In this document: positions 13,866 through 28,360 of the stretch, piece after piece
Layout: every line of letters begins with the position of its first letter
Numbering within the stretch: position 1 is the stretch's first letter
Source of the DNA: Octopus sinensis
Lineage: Eukaryota
DNA: 64,000 nt
Direction of reading: 5' to 3'
NCBI RefSeq assembly: GCF_006345805.1
Contig: NC_042998.1
Span: 112,034,001-112,098,000, forward strand
The notes under the pieces: model-generated
The model's input: only the letters and a program-made list of their open reading frames with translations
Database searches by the model: none
What the model was told of the DNA's origin: nothing
Translations under genes and position numbers: made by a program

Positions 13866-16263
13866 TTGCTTCTGTGTGAATGCCTCTTCCATAATGTGTG
13901 TGCGCATTGTTATATATTATAATAAACGTCTACAGAAGTCCTCTTGTTCCAGAGTTTCTTTAATAGTATTTCAGTTCTGGAGAATTCTTGATTCTTGAGA
14001 TCACTTCTTTTTACTCATTTGAAGATGGTCCCCAATTGCTGGCAAGTGATTGTTCTGCTCTCCCTGGATCGGGAGGTAATTTCAATAAATTAAAAATTTC
14101 TCTCATGGTATTCAATATACCATTATTCGTCTTCGTTGTTCAAATACATGCCATTGGCCACTGAGTTATTTCTCTTAGCTCATTTACAGTGTGTGTGGAT
14201 GTGGGTGTGTGGGTGTGTGGGGGGTGGGTGTACGTGCGTCTGCTAGATGATTGGACATGGTGGAATTTGAGACAAGTTAAATGTACAATTTCAATAGAGC
14301 CAATTTCTCTTTCCTTCTTCCTCTCTCTCCCCTCCTCTATTTATCTATCTCCGCACAAACATACACCCACGCATATACATAATGTGTGTATGTATGTATG
14401 TATGTATGTATGTATGTATGTATGTATGTATGTATGTATGTATGTATGTATGCATATATGTATGTATGTATGCATGTATGTATGTATGTATGTATGTATA
14501 TACACATGGATGTGTGTATATACACACTCCGCATATATTAATATATTCAATTTCAGCAGCTGAGGTGTTTACGCCTAAACTAAAGATGAACGTTTCACTA
14601 ATCTAGATAAATTATGAGGCTTTTAACAGGAATGAATATTTATTAGGAGAAATCCGAAGTTTTGCAATTCAGAAGGTTGGAAATTAGGATTGATTGCTTT
14701 CATTTTGATTGTAATAGGAAATATATATCGACAGAAATGAATAAGTGAACTAGAGTCAGGCTGAGACTAGACGGAACATCTTCTGAAAGGTGTAACGGGA
14801 GAGACAAAGCTCTATATTCCCACCATTATGTATCTCTTATCCCAGTCAGCATCTGGTTAAGTTAGATCGCTTACTTATCTGGTTTTATTGTGGAAGATTT
14901 GTCAGATGGCGATGATCAAACCTTTTCATGTATTTATCAATTGATGCTGTTAACGTTGGTCAGCTTTAGCTCAGCCTTGATCAAACAGACTAATAATGAT
15001 CAAAAGTGTTCCATCTGTGACCAAGGGATTTCATTGTCTGATGTGTTCTTGAATCTTTAAGAATCACTCACCGATTTATAGATTTTAAGTAAAGCTGTGA
15101 GGATATTTACATATTTAAAGCATCTTTTTTCCTTTTTGTTTTGTTTTGTTTTCTGTTTGGCAGTGAGAAGGTATCATTTCTATTTTAGCAAACGACTGAA
15201 ATGTGTTACTCTCACGGGTCAAACGCAGTCCAGAGATTTTGCTTGTCTTATCAACCAAGCTGTTCTCGCTACGGATACTATTCATATTACAATCACTATG
15301 TTGGTTAATCAAAACAGATCTAAGTTTCTGTTATTTTCCGAGTGCTGAGTCAAGGATTTTGCAACCAGCGTCTTTGCAATCTGGGTTGAATCCACTTACT
15401 TTTACATCCATCGCTAATGATCTTTAGGAGTATGGTCAGTAATTGTATCTTATTTGGGGGACTGAAAATAAATCCATACCTAAGACATTTAGCTATTACA
15501 GATAAGTTTATCTAACTCTAAGTAGGTTCCTTCTCCTCACTTGTGTCGGACTAGATGTATTTCAAGCTAATAATGCTTGAAATCGCTACTCCTCATGAAA
15601 ATTCGGCGGGTCATTAGGATTTGTGTCATAACCCACCCTTAAAGCGCAACCAGCACTAACAAATTATAAATGTTGATAAAATTCACAACTGTAAGCAGTG
15701 GGAATGTAGCAGAATCGACGATTGGATTTAAATAAAATCTATTTTCAATTGACTAATGTTCTCCTCGGGAAGTGATTTTATCTCACACTTACTCGACGCC
15801 ACAGAAACAGGGTATAAGTACCGGGTTTTTAAACCGCCTTTCTTCGAATAAGGATTAGCATTTTTGGTTCCAATACCGTTTAGAAAGACTTGAACACCAC
15901 AAAATCTCGGTCCTCTAAGCTTCAAATCTATACGTCGTCACCACAGTCTGTAGTTAAAACCGTTAGGAAAGATACGAACATCATAAAACTGTTATTCTTC
16001 TCGCCTATAAAAGTAATGTTTAATATTTAAAGGCTTATAACATCATCATCATCATCATCATAATCATCATCATCATCATCATCATTATCATCATCATCGT
16101 CGTTGTCGTCGTCGTCGTCGTCATAATTAATGACAAAATTTTCGTTCAGATTTCCTCCTAAAAATGACAAAAAATAGAATATTCAACATCATTAAAGGAA
16201 TCATAATAACCATTTGTTGTTTACTCATACGTAGTGTATCTCTCCCCACTCTCTGTTTTATTT

Positions 16264-16299
<36 letters not shown>

Positions 16300-16436
16300 T
16301 TCTTTCTCTCCCTCTCTTCCTTTTCTCTCTTTTACTACCTTTCTCTCTCTAACTCTATTTCTGTCCATGCCTTCTTTTCCTATTACCTTAATACATCCAG
16401 TGGGAACGCCTCCTTCTTTAGCTGCCTGTTTCTCCG

Positions 16437-16468
<32 letters not shown>

Positions 16469-16674
16469 CACACACACACACACACACACACTCACAGTTT
16501 TCCTAATATTTATATCTCCAATCAAGCCTTAACTCCTCCACCTACACAGCTACCCTCCCCCGTTCCCATCCACTCCGCCACTTTCAACATATCAATCATT
16601 CATTCTCCCTTCAATTTCTTCTGGAACCTTTTAAGGCAGAGTTCCCGCCTCACACGTTAACAGAAATATGAAAA

Positions 16675-16717
<43 letters not shown>

Positions 16718-17949
16718 AGGAAATATAAAAGAAAAGAAAGACAAAAAGAAGGAATGAATATTGAAATAAATATATAAAGAAAAGACAAATAATTATGGAA
16801 CGAATGAAAAGAATAAAGAAAAATCAGCGAAAAAGGAATGAAATTTAGAAAGAAAACAAGAAATAATGAAATATAAAACGAATTTCATGAAAGGAACAAA
16901 ACAGGAAAAAAATTTTTTTTTAAGCAAAGCAAATCAAATCAGAACATGACACGGATCCTCGTAATTGTACCTCTGGGGTCGATTTTTCTATAAATGATCC
17001 AAGAAGAGAAAGTATATGCATACATTGATATATTTTACTAAGGCAAAAAAAAAAAAACCCTTTTCAGAGGTCGAGGAGGAGTATAGAGGAAGGAGTAGGG
17101 TTGTAGAGATGGGTGGTTGAGTGGAGAGAAAGGGGTGTGGGTCGAGAGATGGAAAGTTGGCGGGCTTAGAGTTAAAGTAGAGTGCTGATTTTTGAAAGGT
17201 GAAACACCAAACAAAACATGAACGTTTCGTGTCGCTTTCTGTTAGCTGTGCTAACAAAAAACATTACATAATATATTACATATTATGTGTGTCTACGAGT
17301 CTGTATATGATATACGCTTAAGCACACAAGGACGTAAATCGTAACATACATGTGTGTATGTACGCGCGCGCGTTTGTGTGTATGCATTCTAGCTTAGAAA
17401 CCAGATCTCGATTTGGGAACTGGTTGATAATTGCCGATTAAAGTCGACCACTATACTCAGCTGAACCTGCTGAACTTGTCTTGAGAATGAAAGGACTAAT
17501 TTGATTACGTAGTCCTACATACCCATAAAAATAAGGATTCGGGGTGGTTATCGCTGGAACTCTCTTGAACAGAAGTCTGCTCAATCGGAAAAACTTGGTG
17601 CTAAGGAGCAGTAACAGTAACTGGCACTCAGTTTTATCGACCCCGAAAGGATGAATAATGATGTTCAGTTGAGCAGGATTCAAAACCAGAACGTATAGAA
17701 AGATGTAACCCAATGGCGACAAGATATTTTGTCCGACACTCTACCAATCGTGCTAATTTGTCTGTGTCTTTAATGAGGAGAGACAAGATTGTCAAAGAGG
17801 CCGCGTTTATGCTCGGCGGTAGGGTGTGATTTGAGGGGGATTTGGCTGTTTTACGTAAGAAGTCGAATGATAAATAGATAGCAGGAAACAGAAGAAATTG
17901 TTAATGAAGAAATTCATAACTTCTTTAAAATTGTAATGATAGGCAGATG

Positions 17950-18032
<83 letters not shown>

Positions 18033-18143
18033 TGACTGACTGATTGAATGATTGATTGAGAGATAGATGAATGGATATAGATAGTCATGTAATATTTAAT
18101 ACGTGTGTATAAATGCAATACAGGTTTATTTGTGTATGTGTGC

Positions 18144-18174
<31 letters not shown>

Positions 18175-18220
18175 TGTATGTATGTATGTATGTATGTATG
18201 TATGTATATATGTCTATATA

Positions 18221-18490
18221 TCTATTATATAAAATCCGTTCTGTCTGTCTGTGTGTGTGTCTTCTAGGATCTCGGCCATCCTCCATCCCATTGCGCTCAA
18301 ATTTGATAAGTAGATACGGACGGTATTAGGGCGTGTGTAAGTCTCGAAAAAATTACGAAAATCGATTCCAGGTGAGAATGCGATCGATAAAGCCGTGGAA
18401 CGTGCATTGGTACACGCAAGTACATCAGCTGTTGCGATCGATACTACGCGTACGCGAGAAAAATGCACGGTGTCTCAAATTTAGGTTAAA
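18221..18490 (+). mobile_element. Possible Helitron-derived non-autonomous element 5' portion
   Basis: Starts TC-TATTATATAAAA, then a (CTGT)/(GT) microsatellite, then ...ccatcccattgcgctcaaatttgat, the layout of many Helitron-like non-autonomous 5' ends. No 3' hairpin/CTRR end was identified. Confidence 0.4.
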
Positions 18491-18491
18491 T

Positions 18492-18551
18492 CAGTGTTTC
18501 TCAAAGGAGAGGCCTATTGGATGGTCGGACAAGATGTTTTGAGAAAATTTG
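18492..18551. mobile_element. Possible 60-bp hAT (Charlie/Buster-type) mini-MITE
   Basis: CAGTGTTTCTCAAA ... TTTGAGAAAATTTG (11/14 inverted match), with 8-bp flanks ggttaaat / gtttaaat (7/8) having a central TA. Confidence 0.45.
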
Positions 18552-20919
18552 GTTTAAATGTTTGATAACTCACCACCGTCCATTGGACGGGGGGGGCCTT
18601 TTGCTCATATATATATATATATATATATATAAACTCATTTGACATTGGTACTCAAGTTAATTATATCTACTCCAATATTTGACTAAGTGCTTATTTCTTC
18701 GGGATCCTTTATACGTCTATTCCACCTGCCACAAACATCAAATAAATCTCCTTCAAAACACGCCCTACTGTCATTAAAGTGGACGGACAAGTGTAGGAAA
18801 AAGTAGGGGGAAAAAAGGAAATGATCATTCCTGGAATTTCATTCCTCGGAGTTCTGATCGGAGCGTAAATGGACGTAAGTAAATATCGCAAAGTATTTAC
18901 TCCGGTTCGCTATCATTTCTGACACTCTATCCCATTCTATGTTTTGGAGCTGGTAATACAGTTTGGCCTTGACCATGAGAGCTAAAACCAGCTGAAAAGC
19001 AAGTTACAAAAATAAAATCAAAAACGCTAAACAAATTTATGTTAATAGCTAGTGACGAATGCGAGAAATTAAAGAATATTTTGCATGAAATAAACACATT
19101 AACTCCCTGCCTCTGATCGGAATTGAGTTCGTTTACATCTAAACTTGTAAAGGGAATAAAGAATAGCAGAAATTAATTAGATATTGCCAGTTTAGAAGAG
19201 AGTTTTGCAAATCATATATAAAAAAAAAAAGAAAAAGAAAAAGAAAAGAGAAAGAAAAATAGAACTGAAGAACAATTGGTCAGATCTCCATCTTGCAAGA
19301 CATGCAGCAGGAGCTGTGTGAAGATACCAGCTGCTCGGTAGGTATTCACATAGATTTCTGTCTCCTCCCATCTTTGTTCAAGCGACGACCCTCCTTCCTG
19401 CTACCTGCCTACTCAACTCACAGGGCTCTCTGAACAATATATTTTTATATATATGTATGTGTAGGATATGAGTGTGTGTGTGTGTGTGTATGTATGCATG
19501 CATGTATGTATGTATATATATGTATGTATATATGCATTGCAGTCAGTCTTTTCCCATTGGTAAATAGACTGACAGAATAAAAGACAGATGACGTTAAAAC
19601 TTTTATATTGTTTTGCTATGTTACATAAGCACAAAGTCACTAGATTTATAAGAGATGGATATGAGATTATATAACATTCATGCCACTCCTTCCTCACAAA
19701 CGTTAATTGTGCTAGTTTCATTTACATATTTTTTAAATTCATATTTGTTTTATTTTGGAATTGAAACTTTATAGAGTTATCCACTCGGTGAGAATGTACC
19801 TCCATCTCTATTGACTCCTCCTTGCGTTGATGAATAAAGTATCGAGGTGTGACAGCCGGGAAATATTGAAGGGTTTTTAATGAACTACGCTGTAGTATAT
19901 AATCGTCGTAAACGGGGAAGGGTCACAGGTATCCTTTTATCTACACTACCATGTGTCCTTTGTGATGAAAGTTAACAGTCAACACCTAATTGCAAGCAAT
20001 AACTACTGTGCATTGCAATTTACAGCTGTAAGCAACATTTGCTCCGTAGAGTTTGTAAAATGGTTAACTGCTTTGTTAGTTTGCTATACTAAGTTCAACT
20101 TCCTCTTGTAGTTATCATACTCGTGAACGGTAGAGAATTACTCAGAAGGGTAGACAAAGACGAAATCTCTACAAACCAAACTTTGCTTATTATTACTTAC
20201 TTTCACGATGGCGGAGCAGTGATCCATGACCACATTTGCAGAATTTCATAAACCAGAAAGATCGATATTGATTGAATATGTTCAGTCTCAACTTCTGTTA
20301 TTCGAACTCGGTAAGAAAAAAAGCCAGATCAGATACGGAAATTTCAGAGGGAAATATCTGGGAATAAAATATTGTAAAATACTTAATATGGAAAGATGAT
20401 ACACAGCAAAGATTATGAGAGGAGTGTTGGGGAGGGGAGAGTGAGAAGAGGAAGATATGTAATCGAGTGGTTTGAGGAAAAGAGATACGCAGCTTGCCGG
20501 ATAAACGGAATTGCGGTATAAGTATCAAAGAAGAGAAATTGTAACGCTTTGCTATGAGAATGTTTGCCACTGTTTACTATAACAATATGAACACGCAGGG
20601 TGTGTGCATGCAGTATTATAAATATACAATAAAATAGCATATCGTATAATGTCTGGAATTGATCCTATTATTTAAGCACCAACTGAATATCAATTAACCC
20701 TTCCAGATCACAAAATATTCCTTAGTCAAAGTAAGTCCAGTATAGTTATTCCATTTGTTCCTTTCACTCTAAATATGTTGAAATCGAATTTCGCCAGGCA
20801 CACGAGGAACATTTGACAGATTATACATTGTTTTACTTTCTCTTATTCTCCATCTCTTTTCTCTTTTTTGATACCCCATTTTATTTCTCTGTCTCTGTAT
20901 ACCACACACACACACACAC

Positions 20920-20965
<46 letters not shown>

Positions 20966-22712
20966 TATATATATATATATATACACTCACACACACCATT
21001 ATGCGCATAGGTGAAAAGCAACAGAAATACTGGCTGGATTTAAACTCAAAAGGTCTTGGTATTCTACTGTGACCTGAGTTCATTTTTAAAAATCCATAGT
21101 TGTGCAACATTTTTAGTATCTCAGTGACATACTAATATAATATAATCAATAGTGTACCAATATAAAGTACTGGGTGAAAGTCTCAACATGCCAGTACCCT
21201 ATTAAAAACCTACATGTCATCACAGGCCAATTGCTGATTAGATAGGTTACTCCCATAGACCGATCTGTTACCAAGGCCTATGGCAGCTACAAAATTATGA
21301 TTAAATACATGCCCGAACTCTTTTTAGACATAAAATTTCTGAAACTCATTATCCAAGTATAACTTTCTTCTTATAAGGGAAATTTGAGTACTATCTGTAT
21401 CAGAAACAATATCAATAGAACGTCTTAGATAAATATTTGTCACATTTCTCTATGTAATCAGTTTGACTGTGAAATTAAACCCACGAGGGTCTCTGCAACC
21501 GTTACATTATTAATATCAGCCGCCCAGTTTCATTGTTATTGAAGTATTCACAAGGATTTGTTGTCTTCCCTTTCTCAAATAATCAGTGATAGTAACTGAG
21601 AGCTACTTATTAAAATGTAAATGTAAAATGCGGTGGTCATAAATTCATTTATATATAATAGTGTAAAGTTTGACAGCTCGACAATAGTTAATAGAGTATC
21701 AATACTGCGTGCTATATGAATAGTCAAACTTATGGGATCATAGTCATATGTTTAGGTCTCGTTGTGAAATTTGACATATGAGGGCTAATTTCACAGAGAT
21801 GTATATGTATTAGTTTCACTCATCGGTAGTTAGAAGGAAAAGGTCAATGAATCTTGAATTTCTGAATAATGAAACCAGTTGGTTCAACCTTTAGTTTGAA
21901 CTACGTCAGTGCCCTCGTAGGTCAAATTTCACAGTGAGGCTAATATGAATATGATTCTATGATAGTTGACTCTTCAAAACCCACGCTTTGTTGATACTTT
22001 AACTATTGTCGAACTGTCAAAAAGTATAACCATTTTGTAAATATGCTTGTTTACATTTTAATAAGTACCCTTCAGTTACTATCATTGGTAGTTTTAGAAT
22101 GGAAAGTTGGCAATGCTTCTTTGAAGTCTTCCTCAATTTGCCTACTAATCACTTGGATAATCTCAACTAAACGAAGATTTCCCACTCACTGCATTGCATA
22201 CGTGTATTTGTATTTACGATGGAGACCGATCGTCAGCCATCATCTAACTGATCGCCATTTTACTCGTGTGCACGTGTTCGCATGTGCGTGTGTGTGTTAT
22301 TGATGTTTGGGTGCTAGATTTTGACTAAGTAGACCTAAAGCCAAAGGCATTCCAGCCGTGACCACAACATCTTTTTAGGAATATGTAGAAAACGCATTAC
22401 ATAAGTGACGAAGCATAAGCATCCTCGGTGTTGCTCAACCCTTACCGAGTAGTCGAGCCATACCAACCGTGGCCAGCTTTCCTTTTCCCCATGTGGAGCG
22501 AACTCAGGACCATATTATCCAATTTATCCACTTTTCGGGATATTTGGTTGCTGTTTCTAGCAGTTCTGATGACCTCACGTAGGCTCCTTCTTTCACTTTG
22601 TCTCCGTCATTGCTTCATATCTGTACGTATTTGTTTGTGAGTGTTGTATATGTATATATGTATGTACGGCTTTATATCAATAACCTTGTATGTTTGGTGA
22701 CTAAGTGCATGT

Positions 22713-22748
<36 letters not shown>

Positions 22749-22989
22749 GGTGAGATACAGACAAACAGATGTGAATAAGCAAGCTGATAAACAGAGACAG
22801 AAGGTATGTGAATGTGTGTGATCTTACGTTCTTATATTCATGTGTACTTTCATTTGTGTGATTCTTCGCGGGAGATTTTGTGTTTACATATTTGTTTGTG
22901 TGGCAATATCTATTGAATGTGAGTATATATTTGTTTGTGTCTGTGTACATGTATATACATATATATACATACATATGTGTGTGTGTGTG

Positions 22990-23318
22990 TTGTGTGTGTG
23001 TCTAGTTGTGGGTATGTATATGCGTGTACGTGCGTGTTTGCGAGTGTGTTTGATTATATGTCAGTGAGTGTAGACTGCGTGTGTCCATATGTGTGTGCTT
23101 GTGATTGTAAGTATGCATGTATTGTGCCTGTGTCTGTGTGTGTGAATGTATTGCGTGCGTGCGTGCGTGCGTGTGTGTGTGTGTGTGTGTGTAGTTGTGG
23201 GTATGTATATGCGTGCACGTGCGTGTTTGATTATATGTCAGTAAGTGTAGACTGCGTGTGTCCATATGTGTGTATCCATATGTGTGTGCTTGTGATTGTA
23301 AGTATGCATGTATTGTGC

Positions 23319-23330
<12 letters not shown>
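22990..23330. repeat. Imperfect tandem duplication, period ~189 bp, in GT-rich sequence
   Basis: tagttgtgggtatgtatatgcgtg...gtagactgcgtgtgtccatatgtgtg...cttgtgattgtaagtatgcatgtattgtgcct starts at 23003 and at 23192. Confidence 0.9.
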
Positions 23331-23371
<41 letters not shown>

Positions 23372-24489
23372 TTTGACCTTTATGATGCCCAGAATCGTTT
23401 TTCTGCAATATTGTTGTAAACTGCCAGATGGTTTTACAAGTAAAACAGTTGAGATTTCCCAAAATTCTCTATTAGCTCCACCACAACACTTACTGCATTA
23501 TCTCCCTGTCACCACCCCTTTCACCTTCTCCTTTCCACTCTCTTTCTCCCTTTTCTCTTCCCCCTCTTTCTTTCCCCCTCTCTTTCCAACCCTCTCTCTC
23601 TCTCTCCTTTTCTCTCTTCTCTTTTTCTGTATTTTATCCTCTCTTTTACTCTTCTTCTTCCAATCGCTTTCACTCCATATCTCTCCGTATTCCATCCTTT
23701 CTATCATTACTTTTTCCGTTATTTCCCCTTGCATTCCTTTTCTATGTTCATATCAAACTTAACAATGCCTTCCTCTTATGCGTATGAATCTTTCTGAATA
23801 CATGCGTACGTGCGCCAGCGCGCGCGCATGTGTGTGTGTACGTGTGTGAGTGTGTTAAGTGAAAAATTACTTACAAAACCACCTTTGCTGATGACGTCTC
23901 CACCGATTTTGTCGCCCCACTATAGCCTTCGTTATACCAAGTGGTTGATATTACCGACAAAAACCTTTGTAAGTATTGTCCCAGCATGGGCAAGGGTAGT
24001 TAGCACAGCCTCCTCCTGTACTTTTGACTGTGCCTAATTTCTTCGACCTAGGGGAGGATAAAAACTAAAATGACATCGCTAAGATTTGAATTCAAAATAA
24101 AAAAGAAATGGACAAAGTTACATTGTGTAATACATCTTGATTTCGCACACATCTGGTTTTTGCCTCAGTTGTTTACATCGTCCAATTCACCTAGGCATAA
24201 CAATCAACGAACTTATGGACCTTGACACGATCGTTAAGCCCTGCTAGACATCGTACCCAATTCTCCCTCAGATCTCTTAAAATTCTCAATTCTCTTAAAA
24301 AGTGATGGGTAAGTTTGAAAAGAAAAAAGAATAGCCAAGATGAGGACGATTGGAACATTATTGATAATCAGTTTGCTCGATCGGGTCGTGCCTGGGGCTG
24401 AGCAACATCTAGTATGGAATCATTCAATAGTTTTCGAAACCTCTTAGCAAACAGCTATTTAATAATTCAAATAATAAAAAAAGAGGATC

Positions 24490-24714
24490 AAAGGTCCTTC
24501 CCGAGCCATAGGCTCACAATGCTGGTTTCCCCGTGGCGTATATATCATTCCTTCTGGAGGAGACGCCGGTCCGTCGCATAGTTAGTCATTTTTACCAGCT
24601 GAGTAGACTAGAGCAACATGAAAGGGTTTTACTCAAGATCAGAACGGTCTACGAACGAAACCACAATCTTACGACCATGAGTACAACATCCTAACCACTA
24701 GGCTATGCACCTCC
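24490..24714 (-). mobile_element. SINE family C, copy with a different 3' tail
   Basis: gcctagtggttaggatgttgtactcatggtcgtaagattgtggtttcg head, cagctggtaaaaatgac core, then a cgacggaccggcgtc... tail that differs from the 54.7-kb copy. Confidence 0.75.
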
Positions 24715-27055
24715 ACAACCTAATAATTAGATTGATTTTATAATAAATTACAAAGAAAGTAAGTAAAAATATTTACCATGATTTGTATTTTTACCATTTT
24801 CATTGATACCAGTATCAATCTATTAGTATCAGTGAAGCATTTAGTACCAACTTACAGCCGAAAGGCAGCGGATTGCTGCATCCTTAAATCATCGGACAAA
24901 ATGCCGTGTAATATTTAGTTCAGGTCCTGTTGTAATCAGCTTTACCTTTCCCACATCCGAAGATCGATAAAGTATTAAGGACGATTTAATCGCTTGTATC
25001 CTTCCCTCAACTTACAGGCCTTTATTACATGCATATATATATTAGATATTTCAGATATATTAGCTTCAGATATATCAAATGTGAATTTGTTTCCTATGAA
25101 TATAGGCACAAATATGCTCAAAAATATACATGTAGGAGTGTATGTGAGTGTGTGCATATGTGCGTGTGTGTGTGTGTATTTGTGTATGTGTGCGTGTATG
25201 TGTGCGTGTATGTATATGAGAGATAAATAACTGTGTATATATGTATATATACATGAGAGGTATGTAACTATATATATGTATATGTGTATGTAAATCAAGT
25301 GTATCTGCTCGAAACAGTAAGGACATCTGGAAACTTGACAGAAGAAAGAAAGCCACGAATGACCAGTCTTTTTTTACCCTGTCCTTCAAACTGTTGTGTG
25401 TGTGTGTGTGTGTGTGTTGTGTGTGTGTGTGTGTGTGTGTGTGCGTGCGTGTGTGTATGTGTGTGTGTGTATATATATATACTGTATATATGCATGTATA
25501 CATGTTTAGAGAGAAAGAGACTGAGATAGAAAGAAAAAGAGAGGAAGAGAGAGAGGGGGGGCTTACATATGCTCTAATAGATATAACATGTTATGTACTT
25601 ACACATACATACATATTCACTCGTTTTTATACGCTTGTGTATAAGTGAATTTTTTTCCGTACAATGACACTAATCTTTAACCTGGTTTTTCTTGTTTACC
25701 TATCTAAAGTGCACGAACATATATTTACAAGGCTGTACGCATAGAATCCAACAATGTTGGGGGCTTTGTTTTTTTCTCCCTTTTCTCTCACACTTTAACT
25801 GTTGCACCAAATTGGTCAGGGGATATAGAAGCGGCTGATCTAGCCAGTCGCTGGTGTGAACTGGTCAGGTGACCACAAGGAAGATTGTTACTGGATTGTT
25901 TAGTTGAGACGGCTTCCTATTCTTCTTATTGAACTTTAATTACAACCCTTCAGGACTAACCGTGAGAACTTTACATATGATGAGTTATAGTAACTCCTGC
26001 AATAATTAATTGGTTTTGAACATCAGTTATTGATCGAAGCTTACGTAAGAATTTGCAGTAATCATTGTTTGAAGTTGGCACATTATCAATTACACGTTTT
26101 TCGTGTAAGTTTTATAATAAATTGAGAGGAAGAAGAGACTGGACGAAAGTGGGAATAGATGTTTACAGATATTAATTAGCTGCGAAGTTACTTTATAAGT
26201 ACGAGTTGTGTTTCTTCGGTGTAAGATCGGTTAGTATTATTTCTTGGTCGTTGATTGGTGCTGGGTTAGTCGGTGGATGAAGTATACAAGGAAAAATAGA
26301 AATCATTCGAAAGAAGAATAAAGGTATCCAACAGTGGTAACAGCACGATATGTAGTCACATCTTATAATATATTATATGTGAAAGCTGGCTGATAATGGG
26401 ATGGAATATCGTAACAGAATTTGTTAAAGCAGTAGCTAAATTTAAAATAGAACAAAGGATTATGGCTTTTTGCCTTATGTGGAAAGCACGTAGAGAAAAG
26501 AATCCCCCCCCCCTCCAAAAAAAATAGTTGACATATAGAGCTAAACAAAGCTGACGTTGCAGAATTATTTCTTTCTAATTATGACACGAAGCCTGCAAGT
26601 TTGAGGGAAGCAGGAAACCGATTACCTTGACTTCAGTGATGAACTGATATTTATTTTATCGCCTCTGAGTGGATGAATGACAAAGTCGACCACGGCAGAA
26701 TTTGAACCCGGAACCCAAAGAACCAGAAGAAATGCCGTTACGCATTTGATCCGGCGTGAGAATGATTCTGCCAATTGCAGAATTGTTTTAATTTCTAAAC
26801 AGTTCTATTTCTCACTGCTGCAAATAGATATATCTATATATTTACATGAAGATTTCCTTGCAGCTGATTCAGCAATGTAGAGTAGGCTTTACTTCGCTGA
26901 TGATTCCAAAATAAAGTAGAAATATCTTTGACGATGTCTCAGTCTTGCCATAAAATTTAATAAAAAAATATTATCAGTTATCAATATATACTTCTTTTTT
27001 TATTTAATGTATAGTTTCTATTTTCGAATATTTAATGTTCCATATATTGAATATA

Positions 27056-27364
27056 GTGGAGGCGCAATGGCCCAGTGATTAGGGCAGCGGACTCGCGGTC
27101 GTAGGATCGCGGTTTCGATTCCCAGACCGGGCGTTGTGTGTGTTTATTGAGCGAAAACACCTAAAAGCTCCACGACGCTCCGGCAGGGGTTGATGATCCC
27201 TGCTGTACTCTTTCACCACTCTTTCTCTCACTCTTTCGTCTGTTGGCCTGCTCGCTTAGCCAGCGGGGTGGCGTCATTCGAAGGCTAAAACAATGCGAAC
27301 GCATTGTGACCAGCGATGTGTAGCAACATCTAATGGTCTGGTCGGTCACGTGATCACGTGATAT
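27056..27364 (+). mobile_element. tRNA-headed SINE, family D, full length
   Basis: ggcgcaatggcccagtgattagg (A box) and ggtttcgattccc (B box), ending gcattgtgaccagcgatgtg...ggtcacgtgatcacgtgat. Confidence 0.8.
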
Positions 27365-28360
27365 TGAATATACTGACAACCACCGAACAACTCTGGACAT
27401 TCGAGTCATATTTTAATATCTATATTCACATTTGTATTCTTTGAATACGATTATTTCGAGCCATCATCGTCAGGAAAGTTTGTTGGTTATACCAGCCCCA
27501 GTACTTTGTCTGGCACTTACTTCACGGCAATATAAAGTCAGTACTGGCGTATGAAAGATAATTCAGTCGGACGGACTTAAATACGAAAATCCATTTCTTT
27601 TCGGATGTATTAGTTAAAAAAAAACCCTGTTAAACACACAAACACAGACACATGCACATATACAAACACACTCATATATACCTAGATATTTCTTCACACA
27701 TAACGGGCTTTCACGTAGTTTCCGCCTTCTATCCAGAAGGTTTTAATTATCGCTAATCTGTTGTTGAAGAAACTTGTCCAAAATTCAGCACAAGTTTCTT
27801 CAGCACAGTGAAATTACGTTGTTGCAATGCAGACTTCTTAAATGAAATAGTCTTACTTTTTATTTCTGTCAATCTTCTCAAATTGAACTGAAACGTTTAA
27901 CCTCAGATATCTTAATCTGCGTTGTTAATGAGCATTGACTGTTGATATTTAAAAGTAAATATCTGAAGTAAAACAAAGCTTGAGACTTAAGATGAAAAAA
28001 TTTACATATAGACTCGTTTTTGTCCTATTAAATTTTAAGATTCATCAACATTTCATAATATTTCTTTTGTGAATGTGACTTTTTTTCTAACATATTCTGT
28101 GACGTTATTACGATCTTACTATTGTATCTCTACTCGACAGTTTCTTGTCTTGTATTGTCTTGGGCCCTCACCTATTAAGGGAATCGTGAGGGCGCTGATC
28201 CGAAACATACACACGATTGTACTTCGACCGTCCACTGATCTTTATCTGTATGTATGTAGGTGTGTAATGTGTATGAGTGTATGTATGCATGTGTATGTAT
28301 GTATGTATGTATGTATGTATGTATGTATGTATGTATGTATGTATGTATGTATGTATGTAT

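Noticed and set aside
15793-15946. Minus-strand segment with good acceptor and GTAAGT donor
   Set aside because: All three frames contain stops from the acceptor; it could be non-coding but is unsupported.
25800-26044. Possible promoter or 5' UTR exon of the HLH gene (GATATAGAA, CCAGTC, donor TAC|gtaaga)
   Set aside because: The motifs are weak and the spacing short; not supportable without TSS data.
27061-27135. tRNA gene
   Set aside because: A and B boxes are present, but the acceptor and T stems do not pair and the sequence continues into a SINE body, so this is a SINE head. The same applies to the other SINE heads.
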